NCBI GenBank assembly: GCA_029268085.1
Contig: JAJUHD010000001.1
Location: 18,502 to 82,501, forward strand
Origin: Bacillota bacterium
GTDB taxonomy: Bacteria > Bacillota > Clostridia > Oscillospirales > Oscillospiraceae
Reading direction: 5' to 3'
Length of the DNA: 64,000 nucleotides
Under the pieces are notes generated by a model. The model was not told the DNA's origin. It saw only the letters and a program-made list of their open reading frames with translations, and searched no databases. This document shows, in pieces, positions 9,755 through 17,788 of the stretch (positions are counted from its first letter, which is position 1; each line of letters opens with the position of its first letter). Made by a program: the position numbers and the translations under genes.

Positions 9755-10534
9755 ATGAAAATAATCATACCCATGACCGGATACGGCTCAAGATTTGTGG
9801 CGGCGGGATATAAGGAACTGAAGCCGTTTATAAATGTGCTCGGAAAGCCTGTAATCCAATGGATTGTTCAGGGCATGTATCCGGGCGAAGAGGATATACT
9901 GTTCATTTGCAGGAAAGAGCATCTTCAGGCAGACAAGGCGATGGAGAGAAATCTTCTTGAAATCGCCCCGACGGCGTCTATTTATGCTGTTGACGACTGG
10001 GTCAAGCTGGGACCGGTTTACGACGTTCTCCGCGCAGGCGATGAGATTGAAGACGACAAGCCCTGTATTATAAACTACTGCGACTTTTATATGCGCTGGG
10101 ATTGGAAAAAGTTTGAGAGCGAATTTATAGCAAGGGGGTGCGAAGGGAGCGTTCCCTGCTACACAGGCTTTCACCCGAACCTTATTCCCGAAAAAAACCT
10201 ATATGCTTCGTGCCTGACGGATTCCTCGGACAACCTTATTGAAATCAGGGAAAAGTACTCGTTTGAGAAAGACAAGTTCAAGGCAAAGCATTCGCCGGGA
10301 GTATATTGCTTCAAAACAGGCGCCATCCTCAAAAAGTATTGCCGTATTCTTGTGGAAAGCGGGCAGACCGTAAAAGGAGAATATTATGCAAGCATGCCGT
10401 ATAATTTTATGGTCAAAGACGGCCTTAAGGTATGGGTTCCGACAAACGTTGAATACTTTTGCCAATGGGGAACACCCGAGGATCTGAGCGAATTTTTATT
10501 CTGGGTAAATACGGTTAGAGGTTTCAAGAAATGA
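9755..10534 (+). CDS. Sugar/alditol-phosphate nucleotidyltransferase (GT-A-like NTP-transferase fold), paralog 1
   Basis: The N-terminal IIPMTGYGSRF...KP loop is the G-x-G-x-R nucleotide-binding signature. 259 aa. Confidence 0.7.
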   Translation: MKIIIPMTGYGSRFVAAGYKELKPFINVLGKPVIQWIVQGMYPGEEDILFICRKEHLQADKAMERNLLEIAPTASIYAVDDWVKLGPVYDVLRAGDEIEDDKPCIINYCDFYMRWDWKKFESEFIARGCEGSVPCYTGFHPNLIPEKNLYASCLTDSSDNLIEIREKYSFEKDKFKAKHSPGVYCFKTGAILKKYCRILVESGQTVKGEYYASMPYNFMVKDGLKVWVPTNVEYFCQWGTPEDLSEFLFWVNTVRGFKK

Positions 10535-11340
10535 ATATTATAATTCCAATGGCCGGAGCCGGCCAGCGTTTCCTGGACGCTGGCTATAAAATGCATAAAC
10601 CGGCAATACCCACGACGGACAGGGCTACCGGAAAAATGCTTCCCATGGTCGTATGCGCGGTAAAGGATCTTCCCGGTAAGCATGATAACGGAGAAAATAT
10701 CACCTTCATAGACCGGGATTTTCACAAGAGAGACGGCGTTGAAGAGGAAATAAAAAGGCATTTTCCAAAGGCCGAGTTCATTACCGTCGATGAACTGACA
10801 GAGGGACAGGCCTGCACCTGCCTTTTGGCGAAAGAGAAGATAAACAATAGCGAACCCCTGCTGATCGCCGGCTGCGACAACGGTATGGTCATGGATCCTG
10901 AAAAATTCGAGGCCATGACAAAAGCGTGCGATGTACTCGTGTTTACATACAGGAACAATGAGGCGGTGCTAAAAAACCCCAACGCCTACGGCTGGGTAAT
11001 AACGGACGAATCGGGCAGGGCGACCGGGGTGTCTGTTAAAAAGGCCATCTCCGAAAGCCCTATGAATGATCACGCGATAGTAGCGACCTTCTGGTTTAGA
11101 AGAGGCAGCATGTTTGTCGATGCGGCAGAAAAAATGATTATTGAAAACGACAGGATAAACAACGAATTTTATGTGGACCAGGCGATCAAATATTGTATTT
11201 TATCGGGCTTTGACGTGCGCGTTTTTGAAATAGACCGCTATATCTGCTGGGGCACTCCGCGCGACTATGAAGATTACCAGAACACCATAAAATACTGGCG
11301 GGGTTTTTTATCGGAAGAAGGACTTATAGATAAAGATTAA
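10531..11340 (+). CDS. Sugar/alditol-phosphate nucleotidyltransferase, paralog 2
   Basis: N-terminal IIPMAGAGQRF...HKP. It has the same C-terminal C-WGTP-DY/L motif as paralog 1 (CQWGTPEDL vs CWGTPRDY). It overlaps paralog 1 by ATGA. Confidence 0.7.
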   Translation: MNIIIPMAGAGQRFLDAGYKMHKPAIPTTDRATGKMLPMVVCAVKDLPGKHDNGENITFIDRDFHKRDGVEEEIKRHFPKAEFITVDELTEGQACTCLLAKEKINNSEPLLIAGCDNGMVMDPEKFEAMTKACDVLVFTYRNNEAVLKNPNAYGWVITDESGRATGVSVKKAISESPMNDHAIVATFWFRRGSMFVDAAEKMIIENDRINNEFYVDQAIKYCILSGFDVRVFEIDRYICWGTPRDYEDYQNTIKYWRGFLSEEGLIDKD

Positions 11341-11353
11341 AGGTGATGGCTTC

Positions 11354-13417
11354 ATGAAACGATTAAAAAGCAGGTTTCATATATTTATGATAGCTATGGT
11401 AATAATAAAGCTTGTGCTGTCAGGTTTTTTCTCTTCCGATTATCAAAACAGGATGTTCATGCCTTTTGTTGCGCAGTTTCTGAATTCGAATGCAAACCCT
11501 TACAGCTACTATTACTCAAACGGCATGCTCGCGTCATTCCCTTACCCGCCTGTGATGCTTTTTGTTGAAAGCATAGGCGGGATCCTTGTAAGGCTTTTTT
11601 CATACGCACCTTTATTTATTAAAAATATACTTTTTAAGCTTCCGAGCCTGATTTTTGATTTTATAGGTCTTTATTATTTGATGCTCATCTGCAAGGGCAA
11701 GAGAAAGTATGTGGCGGTTCTGTATTTTGCGTCGCCAATAATACTTTTTGCCGTTTACATGCACGGTCAGCTTGATTTGATACCGACCGCATTTTTAATC
11801 GGAGCTATCTACTACATTACGAGCAGCACCAAGAGAAACCAGCTTTATTATGTCCTTTTGATGACGGCAGCTCTTTCAACAAAACTGCACATTCTCGCAG
11901 TAATCCCGCTTATGTTTCTATACATATATAAAAAATATGGTTTTGCAAGGGCTTGCCTGCTCGTTGCGGCGCCCCTTGCGGCGACTGTGCTGATAATGCT
12001 TCCGTTCTGGGGCGAGGGCTTCGTAAAAACCGTGATTTTCAACGCCGAACAGAATATATTGAGCGAAGTATACATCAGTTATAAGGATATTAAGATATAT
12101 CTGCCTATTCTGGCCGTACTGCTTCTTTATCTGAACGCATTCAGGATAGAGAAAATGAATAAGGACCTGCTCATAAGCTTTTGCGGCGTTCTTTTTTCCA
12201 TTTTCCTCGCGCTTATTCCGCCCATGCCCGGCTGGTTTGTTTGGGTTGTGCCATTTATCATGATCTTTTTTGTGGGAGTTAAGGAAAACAAGTACAAAAC
12301 ACTGGCGCTCTACGCCGGATTTGTCAGCTTGTATATCGTATATTTCGCGTTTTTCCACAGGACAGAATTTACGGATTTATATTTCTTGAACTTCAGTCTG
12401 CAAGGTATGAAGCAGGACTCTGTTCTTTACAGAAATATAGTATTTACAGGCCTGACCGCCATGATGATAGCGGTTACCTGGTGCATGTACCAGTTCGGAG
12501 TTGCAAGCAACGCTTTTTATAAAAGGAGGAATCTGCCTTTCACGATAGGCATTTCCGGCGACAGCGGCAGCGGTAAGAGCCATTTGCTTTCCACTATTGA
12601 GGATCTTTTAGGAAACAGGAACATTCTTTGCATTGAAGGCGACGGCGACCATCGCTGGGAGAGAAGCGACGAGGTCTGGAATAACATCACCCAGCTTAAT
12701 CCCAAAGCAAATTATCTTTATCGTCAGGCGAAAGACATAGAAGTCCTTAGAAGCGGGCAATATGTAAAAAGAGTAGAATACGATCATAATACAGGCAAGT
12801 TTACAGACGAGAAAAAAATTGTACCCAGAAATTACATCATCATTTCGGGCCTGCATTCGTTTTATCTCCCGCAGATGCGCAATCTTCTGGATCTTAAAAT
12901 ATATATGGATACCCAGGAAAGCCTGAGAAGGTATTGGAAAATCGAGAGGGACACGAGAGTCAGAGGCTATTCTGTCGAGCAGACCCTGCTTCTGATAGAA
13001 AAAAGAATCCCTGACGCCGAAAGGTACATTTATCCTCAGAAAAAGTATGCCGACCTCATCATTTCATACTTCGACGATAATTTGACGGATCCTGCAAGGC
13101 TGGATTATAAGGTGTCTATGCGTATGTGTCTCCGTCTGAGCACCTCCATCGATGTCGAAACGATTATAGAAAAGCTGTCGGAGAGCAATGTGATAATCGA
13201 GCAGGAATTCGAGGAGGATTTGAAATACCAGACCATAAAATTCAACGGGGACAAACTGAATGAGATTTCGGTTGACTTTCAGAGCATAGCCGAATCTGCG
13301 ATTCCGCAGCTGGATGAGCTTCTTATAGGTTCGCCGAAATGGGACAGTGGAATTAACGGCATTATACAGCTCTTTGTGCTGCTTATCATAAGCAATAAGA
13401 TGAGAGGCGAAATGTAG
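11354..13417 (+). CDS. Fusion protein: polytopic membrane domain (GT-C-like, ~390 aa) plus a uridine-kinase/phosphoribulokinase-family P-loop kinase domain
   Basis: The N-terminal ~390 aa form about 10-12 hydrophobic helices. They are followed by FTIGISGDSGSGKSH (Walker A), IISGLHSFY, LDLKIYMDT and RRYWKIERD..RGYS, which are collinear with Udk/PRK family blocks. Confidence 0.7.
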   Translation: MKRLKSRFHIFMIAMVIIKLVLSGFFSSDYQNRMFMPFVAQFLNSNANPYSYYYSNGMLASFPYPPVMLFVESIGGILVRLFSYAPLFIKNILFKLPSLIFDFIGLYYLMLICKGKRKYVAVLYFASPIILFAVYMHGQLDLIPTAFLIGAIYYITSSTKRNQLYYVLLMTAALSTKLHILAVIPLMFLYIYKKYGFARACLLVAAPLAATVLIMLPFWGEGFVKTVIFNAEQNILSEVYISYKDIKIYLPILAVLLLYLNAFRIEKMNKDLLISFCGVLFSIFLALIPPMPGWFVWVVPFIMIFFVGVKENKYKTLALYAGFVSLYIVYFAFFHRTEFTDLYFLNFSLQGMKQDSVLYRNIVFTGLTAMMIAVTWCMYQFGVASNAFYKRRNLPFTIGISGDSGSGKSHLLSTIEDLLGNRNILCIEGDGDHRWERSDEVWNNITQLNPKANYLYRQAKDIEVLRSGQYVKRVEYDHNTGKFTDEKKIVPRNYIIISGLHSFYLPQMRNLLDLKIYMDTQESLRRYWKIERDTRVRGYSVEQTLLLIEKRIPDAERYIYPQKKYADLIISYFDDNLTDPARLDYKVSMRMCLRLSTSIDVETIIEKLSESNVIIEQEFEEDLKYQTIKFNGDKLNEISVDFQSIAESAIPQLDELLIGSPKWDSGINGIIQLFVLLIISNKMRGEM

Positions 13418-13584
13418 CCTGCGCCGACGAGGCTTATAGAAATCGCGATTATCAGTTTCCATTCAAATGCTGATTTATGATATAAAGCGGATTGAGGAAT
13501 ATTCGCCCTAATATCAAAGCAACGGTAAAACTGCAGGCAGATTAATAAGATGAACTTCAATACAATCAATAAGGGAAAAGCAAT

Positions 13585-14238
13585 ATGATAAAAGCGGTAA
13601 TATTCGATTTGGACGGCACTCTATATGACTATGACAAAGCCCATGCATCGGCTGTCGAAGGCCTTTTCTGCGAAGCAAGCAGATTATTGAGCATCGGCAA
13701 AAATGATTTCGCCGATGCTTTCGAGTGGGGTAAAAATCAAGTCAAAACGAGGGTTCCCACGCAAGGTGCGTGCCATAACCGCCTGCTTTATATAGAAAAT
13801 GCCCTTGAGTGCTTGGGGTTTAAGCCTGCAATACACGCGCTGGAGCTTTACGAGTCATATTGGAGCACTTTTCTCGGGAATATGCAGCTCCGCCAGGGCG
13901 CAATCGAGCTTTTGAACTATCTGCAGGGCAAGAAAATAAAAATATGCCTGTGCAGCGACATGACTGCGCATATACAATACCGGAAGCTAAAAAAATTAGA
14001 AATTGCTAAATACTTTGACTTTATTGTAACAAGCGAGGAGGCGGGCGTCGAAAAGCCCGACGAAAGGATATTCCGGCTTGCGCTCGGCAAGCTTGGCCTC
14101 GACGCGCGCGAAGCGATTTTCGTGGGCGACAACTTTGAGAGGGACATATCGGGAGCGGCAAACGCCGGCATACAGGCTTTTATTGTAGCACAAAACGACG
14201 ACATTGCCGAACTGATAATGCGAAATCTGCATTCTTAA
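13585..14238 (+). CDS. HAD-superfamily hydrolase/phosphatase
   Basis: VIFDLDGTLYD (motif I, DxDGT), CSD (motif II region) and FVGDNFERDI (motif IV). 217 aa. Confidence 0.85.
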   Translation: MIKAVIFDLDGTLYDYDKAHASAVEGLFCEASRLLSIGKNDFADAFEWGKNQVKTRVPTQGACHNRLLYIENALECLGFKPAIHALELYESYWSTFLGNMQLRQGAIELLNYLQGKKIKICLCSDMTAHIQYRKLKKLEIAKYFDFIVTSEEAGVEKPDERIFRLALGKLGLDAREAIFVGDNFERDISGAANAGIQAFIVAQNDDIAELIMRNLHS

Positions 14239-14272
14239 ATAAAAGACGAAAAAAGAGGTACTCATAAGAATT

Positions 14273-14656
14273 ATGCACAGCAGTATAAAGTCAAAGGAGC
14301 TGCTCCGTTTTCTCGTGGGCGGCGGCAGCGCGGTAGTGACAGACTACATACTCTACAATCTATTCAGCTCGGCCGGGCTGGGCCTTTCCGCTTCAAAGGC
14401 CATATCCTTCGTCTGCGGAGCCGGGGTGGGCTTTGTCATCAACAAGCTCTGGACGTTTGAAAGCAAAGAGTTTTCAAAAGCAGAAATTTTCAGATACATC
14501 CTTCTGTATGCCGTTACGGCCACCGTCAATACACTGGTTAATAAAGCCGTACTTTCGATTTTTCATATAAAGCTTATTGCTTTCCTCGGCGCAACAGCCG
14601 TAAGCACGGTATTGAACTTTCTCGGCCAAAAATTCTATGTCTTTAAAAAGGGGTAA
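14273..14656 (+). CDS. GtrA-family small membrane protein (lipid-linked sugar translocation)
   Basis: 127 aa with 4 TM helices. LLRFLVGGGSAVVTDY and FVINKLWTFES are typical GtrA motifs. Confidence 0.8.
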   Translation: MHSSIKSKELLRFLVGGGSAVVTDYILYNLFSSAGLGLSASKAISFVCGAGVGFVINKLWTFESKEFSKAEIFRYILLYAVTATVNTLVNKAVLSIFHIKLIAFLGATAVSTVLNFLGQKFYVFKKG

Positions 14657-14659
14657 AAG

Positions 14660-15361
14660 ATGAAGCTTTCAATTGTGATTCCGTGCTATAATGAGGAGAA
14701 AAATATCCCCCTGATAGTGTCGAGGTTTGGAGACATAATAAAAAACGAGGATTTAGAGGTCATTCTGGTCAATAACGGTTCGAGAGACAATTCGCAGAAA
14801 ATATTAGACGAACTGCTTCCGCAATACCGTTTTTTCAAGACCGTTGTGGTAGAAATAAATCAGGGTTACGGGTATGGAATACTTCAGGGGCTTAAGGAGG
14901 CAAAGGGTGAGTATATAGGATGGACTCATGCCGATATGCAGACGGACCCTGCGGATGTGTTGAGGGCATATGACATTATCGAAAAAAGCGGGGCGCCCAA
15001 CCTTTTTATTAAAGGGAACCGTAAAAACAGATCGTTATTAGACGCTTTTTTCACTGCCGGCATGAGCGTATTTGAAAGCGTCTATCTCGGGAAGCCCCTT
15101 TATGATATTAATGCTCAGCCGACGATTTTTCCCAGAGCGTTCTACAACGGCTGGCAAAATCCGCCTTATGATTTTTCTTTGGATCTCTATTCTTATTATA
15201 TGGCTCATGTCTTCGGACTTGAGATTAAACGCTTTCCGGTGTTGTTTCCCAAGCGCATCCACGGCCATTCCAGCTGGAACACCGGACTGGCTTCAAAATG
15301 GAAGTTTATAAAGAGAACGCTTGACTATTCGGTGAAGCTAAAAAAGGGCGGTATAAGGTGA
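14660..15361 (+). CDS. GT2 polyprenyl-phosphate glycosyltransferase (GtrB / Dpm1-like)
   Basis: KLSIVIPCYNEEKNI, VNNGSRDNS and WTHADMQTDP (DxD-type) are present. 233 aa, soluble GT-A. It sits directly after gtrA. Confidence 0.85.
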   Translation: MKLSIVIPCYNEEKNIPLIVSRFGDIIKNEDLEVILVNNGSRDNSQKILDELLPQYRFFKTVVVEINQGYGYGILQGLKEAKGEYIGWTHADMQTDPADVLRAYDIIEKSGAPNLFIKGNRKNRSLLDAFFTAGMSVFESVYLGKPLYDINAQPTIFPRAFYNGWQNPPYDFSLDLYSYYMAHVFGLEIKRFPVLFPKRIHGHSSWNTGLASKWKFIKRTLDYSVKLKKGGIR

Positions 15362-15978
15362 TGGAATTTATCAGCCACAGAGTCAACAAAATAAGCGAGC
15401 TTGAAAGTCTTCCGACGGAATATGGCGTTGAAATAGACCTTCGCGATGATTTGAACGGAAGGATATATATTGCGCATAATCCGTTTGAAGCCGGTGACGA
15501 CTTCGAGGATTATCTCAGACACTATCGCCACGGAAGAATGATATTGAACGTCAAAAGCGAGAGAATAGAACATGAAATCCTTCGCCTGGTAGAAAAATAT
15601 AATATTAAAGACTATTTCTTTTTGGACAGCACATTTCCGATGATTTTTCTGCTGTCCAAAATGGGCGAAAAAAAACAGGCGCTAAGGTTTTCCGAGTTTG
15701 AAAAAATGGATACCATAGAGGCTATGGCGGGAAAACTGGAATGGGTTTGGATTGACTGCTTCACCAGGATTCCAATAACAAAGGCTGAGCTTGATAAGCT
15801 CAAAGGCTGGGGCTATAAGACCTGCTTTGTGTCGCCCGAGCTCCAGGGAAGGCCGGAAGATGTGGACAAATATATAAATCAGATATCAGAGGAAGGTTTA
15901 TATTTTGATGCGGTATGTTCTAAAATTTACATGATGGACAAGTGGAAAAAATACGCGGCAGAGAAGGAAAAAGTTTGA
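15361..15978 (+). CDS. PLC-like / glycerophosphodiester-phosphodiesterase-superfamily protein (tentative)
   Basis: ISHRVN...GVEIDLR...IYIAHNP follows the H-R...E-x-D...H-D/N pattern of GDPD/PI-PLC TIM barrels. Its ATG overlaps the upstream TGA by 1 nt, and its own TGA overlaps the next ATG by 1 nt. Confidence 0.5.
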   Translation: MEFISHRVNKISELESLPTEYGVEIDLRDDLNGRIYIAHNPFEAGDDFEDYLRHYRHGRMILNVKSERIEHEILRLVEKYNIKDYFFLDSTFPMIFLLSKMGEKKQALRFSEFEKMDTIEAMAGKLEWVWIDCFTRIPITKAELDKLKGWGYKTCFVSPELQGRPEDVDKYINQISEEGLYFDAVCSKIYMMDKWKKYAAEKEKV

Positions 15979-17612
15979 TGTATATAAAAAATAAGCATAT
16001 TGAGCTTCCTAAAATATTACTGTTCTTTATTGTTATTTCGTGGGGAGCGACTGTCTTTATTCAGAATTTTGTCACAAGCAGCAGCTTCGACATACTGTCT
16101 GTCAGGGCGATAGACGACGTCGCTTTTCAAGTATCATTAAGAAACATCCACAACTTTACGAGCTTGAAGCAGCTGCTGAATATGAACGACTATGGATACG
16201 GCTGGATTTACTGGGCTCCGATGGCGCTTATTACATATCCGGCATTCCTGCTTCAGCAGGCAAGCGGCACCGCATGGCTGCTTATAGTGCTGCCACGCAT
16301 GATGTCGCTGGCTTTTGCGCTTGCCTGCGTGTTCCTGATGTATAAGATCGTTTCGGTTTATACCGACAATGAATGGATAAAGCTGGCTTCCGTCGCTCTG
16401 CTGCCATTGTTTCCCACTCAGGCATACTTTGTAAGCAGATTCAGCACGGTGTCGCAGGCGGTTTTTTTCTGTATGCTCTCGGTGTATTTGACCGTCAAAT
16501 ACGAACAGCTGGACAGAAAAAAATTAAGGCTTATTCTTTTGGCATGCGCCGGCGCGTTAGGAACAAAGCTTACTACGGTTATAATCGTGCCTATGCTTGC
16601 GCTCCTTATACTAAACAGATATAACTTCAAATTTAACAAAGATAATTTGAGGGTCTGGGTATCCGAAATACTGCTTGCCGGAGCAATCACGGTTTTTCTG
16701 ATAAGTCCTGCCGTTCTTTTTTTCTTTGCGTTTCCTCAGCAGGCTGAAAAATCAGTTAAAGCTATATTCTACTTTGTAAAGAATACTCAGGGCAAAGTGG
16801 ATGTGATAAGCAACATTAAAGACGGAGTGTTCAAGGCCTCTTACTACCTGCCGGTATTCTTTGCTCTGATTGCGGGGATGGCCGCAAAGGCCTGCCGTGA
16901 TTTCAGAGGAAAAGCGAGCGCTTACAGGTTCGATTTCATCTGCATGTTTGCAGGCTATCTTATAGGCTGCCTGTATCTTTGCATCACAATAGGCACCGGA
17001 CCGGTTTATGTGCTTCAATATTCTCTGTCGATCGGATTCGTACTTCCGCTTGGTTTGACGGCGCTTGATTTGCCGTCGAAAAAAGCGCTGAGGATATTTA
17101 GCGCAATAGTATGTGTTTTAACCGTATTTGTTCAGGCGCATTTTATCCAGCAGCAGGTGACGCGTTCTTCCGCATATAATCCGCTCAGGTATTTTCAAAA
17201 AGCAAAAAGCAGCAAGGACACGTTGAATCTCATAACTGAGCTGCGGACAGCCGTTGAAAAAAACGCCCCGGACGGTAAAAAAATCGTAATTCTAAGCGAT
17301 TGGGAGCTTCCGGTGTTTATGAGCCCGCTGGAGCATAACAATATAGAATTTTATTCGGTATGGGACAACCTGCATGTCTGGGAAACCTATAAAGCAGACT
17401 TCATCGTTCTCTATAAAAAAAGCAAGGGTTTCATGAGCGAGGAGGATTTTAAGAAGGCTGTATCTTCCGCAACGGAGAACAATATAAAAACCTATCAAAA
17501 GGATAGAAGTACGAGAACCGAATTTGTCAGAACAAAAACGCTGTTCGGCAAATCGTGGAGCGTAGTTGCCGAGAGTAACGAGTTCGTCGTGTATATGTCA
17601 AAAACTAATTAA
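15978..17612 (+). CDS. GT-C-fold membrane glycosyltransferase (ArnT/PMT family-39-like)
   Basis: About 545 aa with ~12 TM helices. An acidic first external loop (RAIDDVAFQ) follows TM1, and a soluble C-terminal domain follows the TM bundle. The start is taken at ATG 15978 (MYIKNKH...), coupled to the upstream stop. Confidence 0.7.
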   Translation: MYIKNKHIELPKILLFFIVISWGATVFIQNFVTSSSFDILSVRAIDDVAFQVSLRNIHNFTSLKQLLNMNDYGYGWIYWAPMALITYPAFLLQQASGTAWLLIVLPRMMSLAFALACVFLMYKIVSVYTDNEWIKLASVALLPLFPTQAYFVSRFSTVSQAVFFCMLSVYLTVKYEQLDRKKLRLILLACAGALGTKLTTVIIVPMLALLILNRYNFKFNKDNLRVWVSEILLAGAITVFLISPAVLFFFAFPQQAEKSVKAIFYFVKNTQGKVDVISNIKDGVFKASYYLPVFFALIAGMAAKACRDFRGKASAYRFDFICMFAGYLIGCLYLCITIGTGPVYVLQYSLSIGFVLPLGLTALDLPSKKALRIFSAIVCVLTVFVQAHFIQQQVTRSSAYNPLRYFQKAKSSKDTLNLITELRTAVEKNAPDGKKIVILSDWELPVFMSPLEHNNIEFYSVWDNLHVWETYKADFIVLYKKSKGFMSEEDFKKAVSSATENNIKTYQKDRSTRTEFVRTKTLFGKSWSVVAESNEFVVYMSKTN

Positions 17613-17730
17613 ACTTAGAGAAAATGCCGGCAAAGCCGCGGCCTTTTGCCTCGGCGCTTTCATTTCGGGCGGCCGATGGAAATCCAGGGGCGAACCGCAT
17701 ACTTCGGCGAAGGAAGCCTTACAAAAAAAC

Positions 17731-17774
17731 TTTTCCGCATCGCAGGGCCTTGACGGCTACCGCGATGCGGAAAA
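17731..17774. terminator. Bidirectional intrinsic terminator between the glycan locus (+) and the protease gene (-)
   Basis: A 13-bp perfect stem TTTTCCGCATCGC / GCGATGCGGAAAA, flanked by an A-run upstream and CTATTTTTTT downstream. Confidence 0.8.
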
Positions 17775-17788
17775 CTATTTTTTTACCA

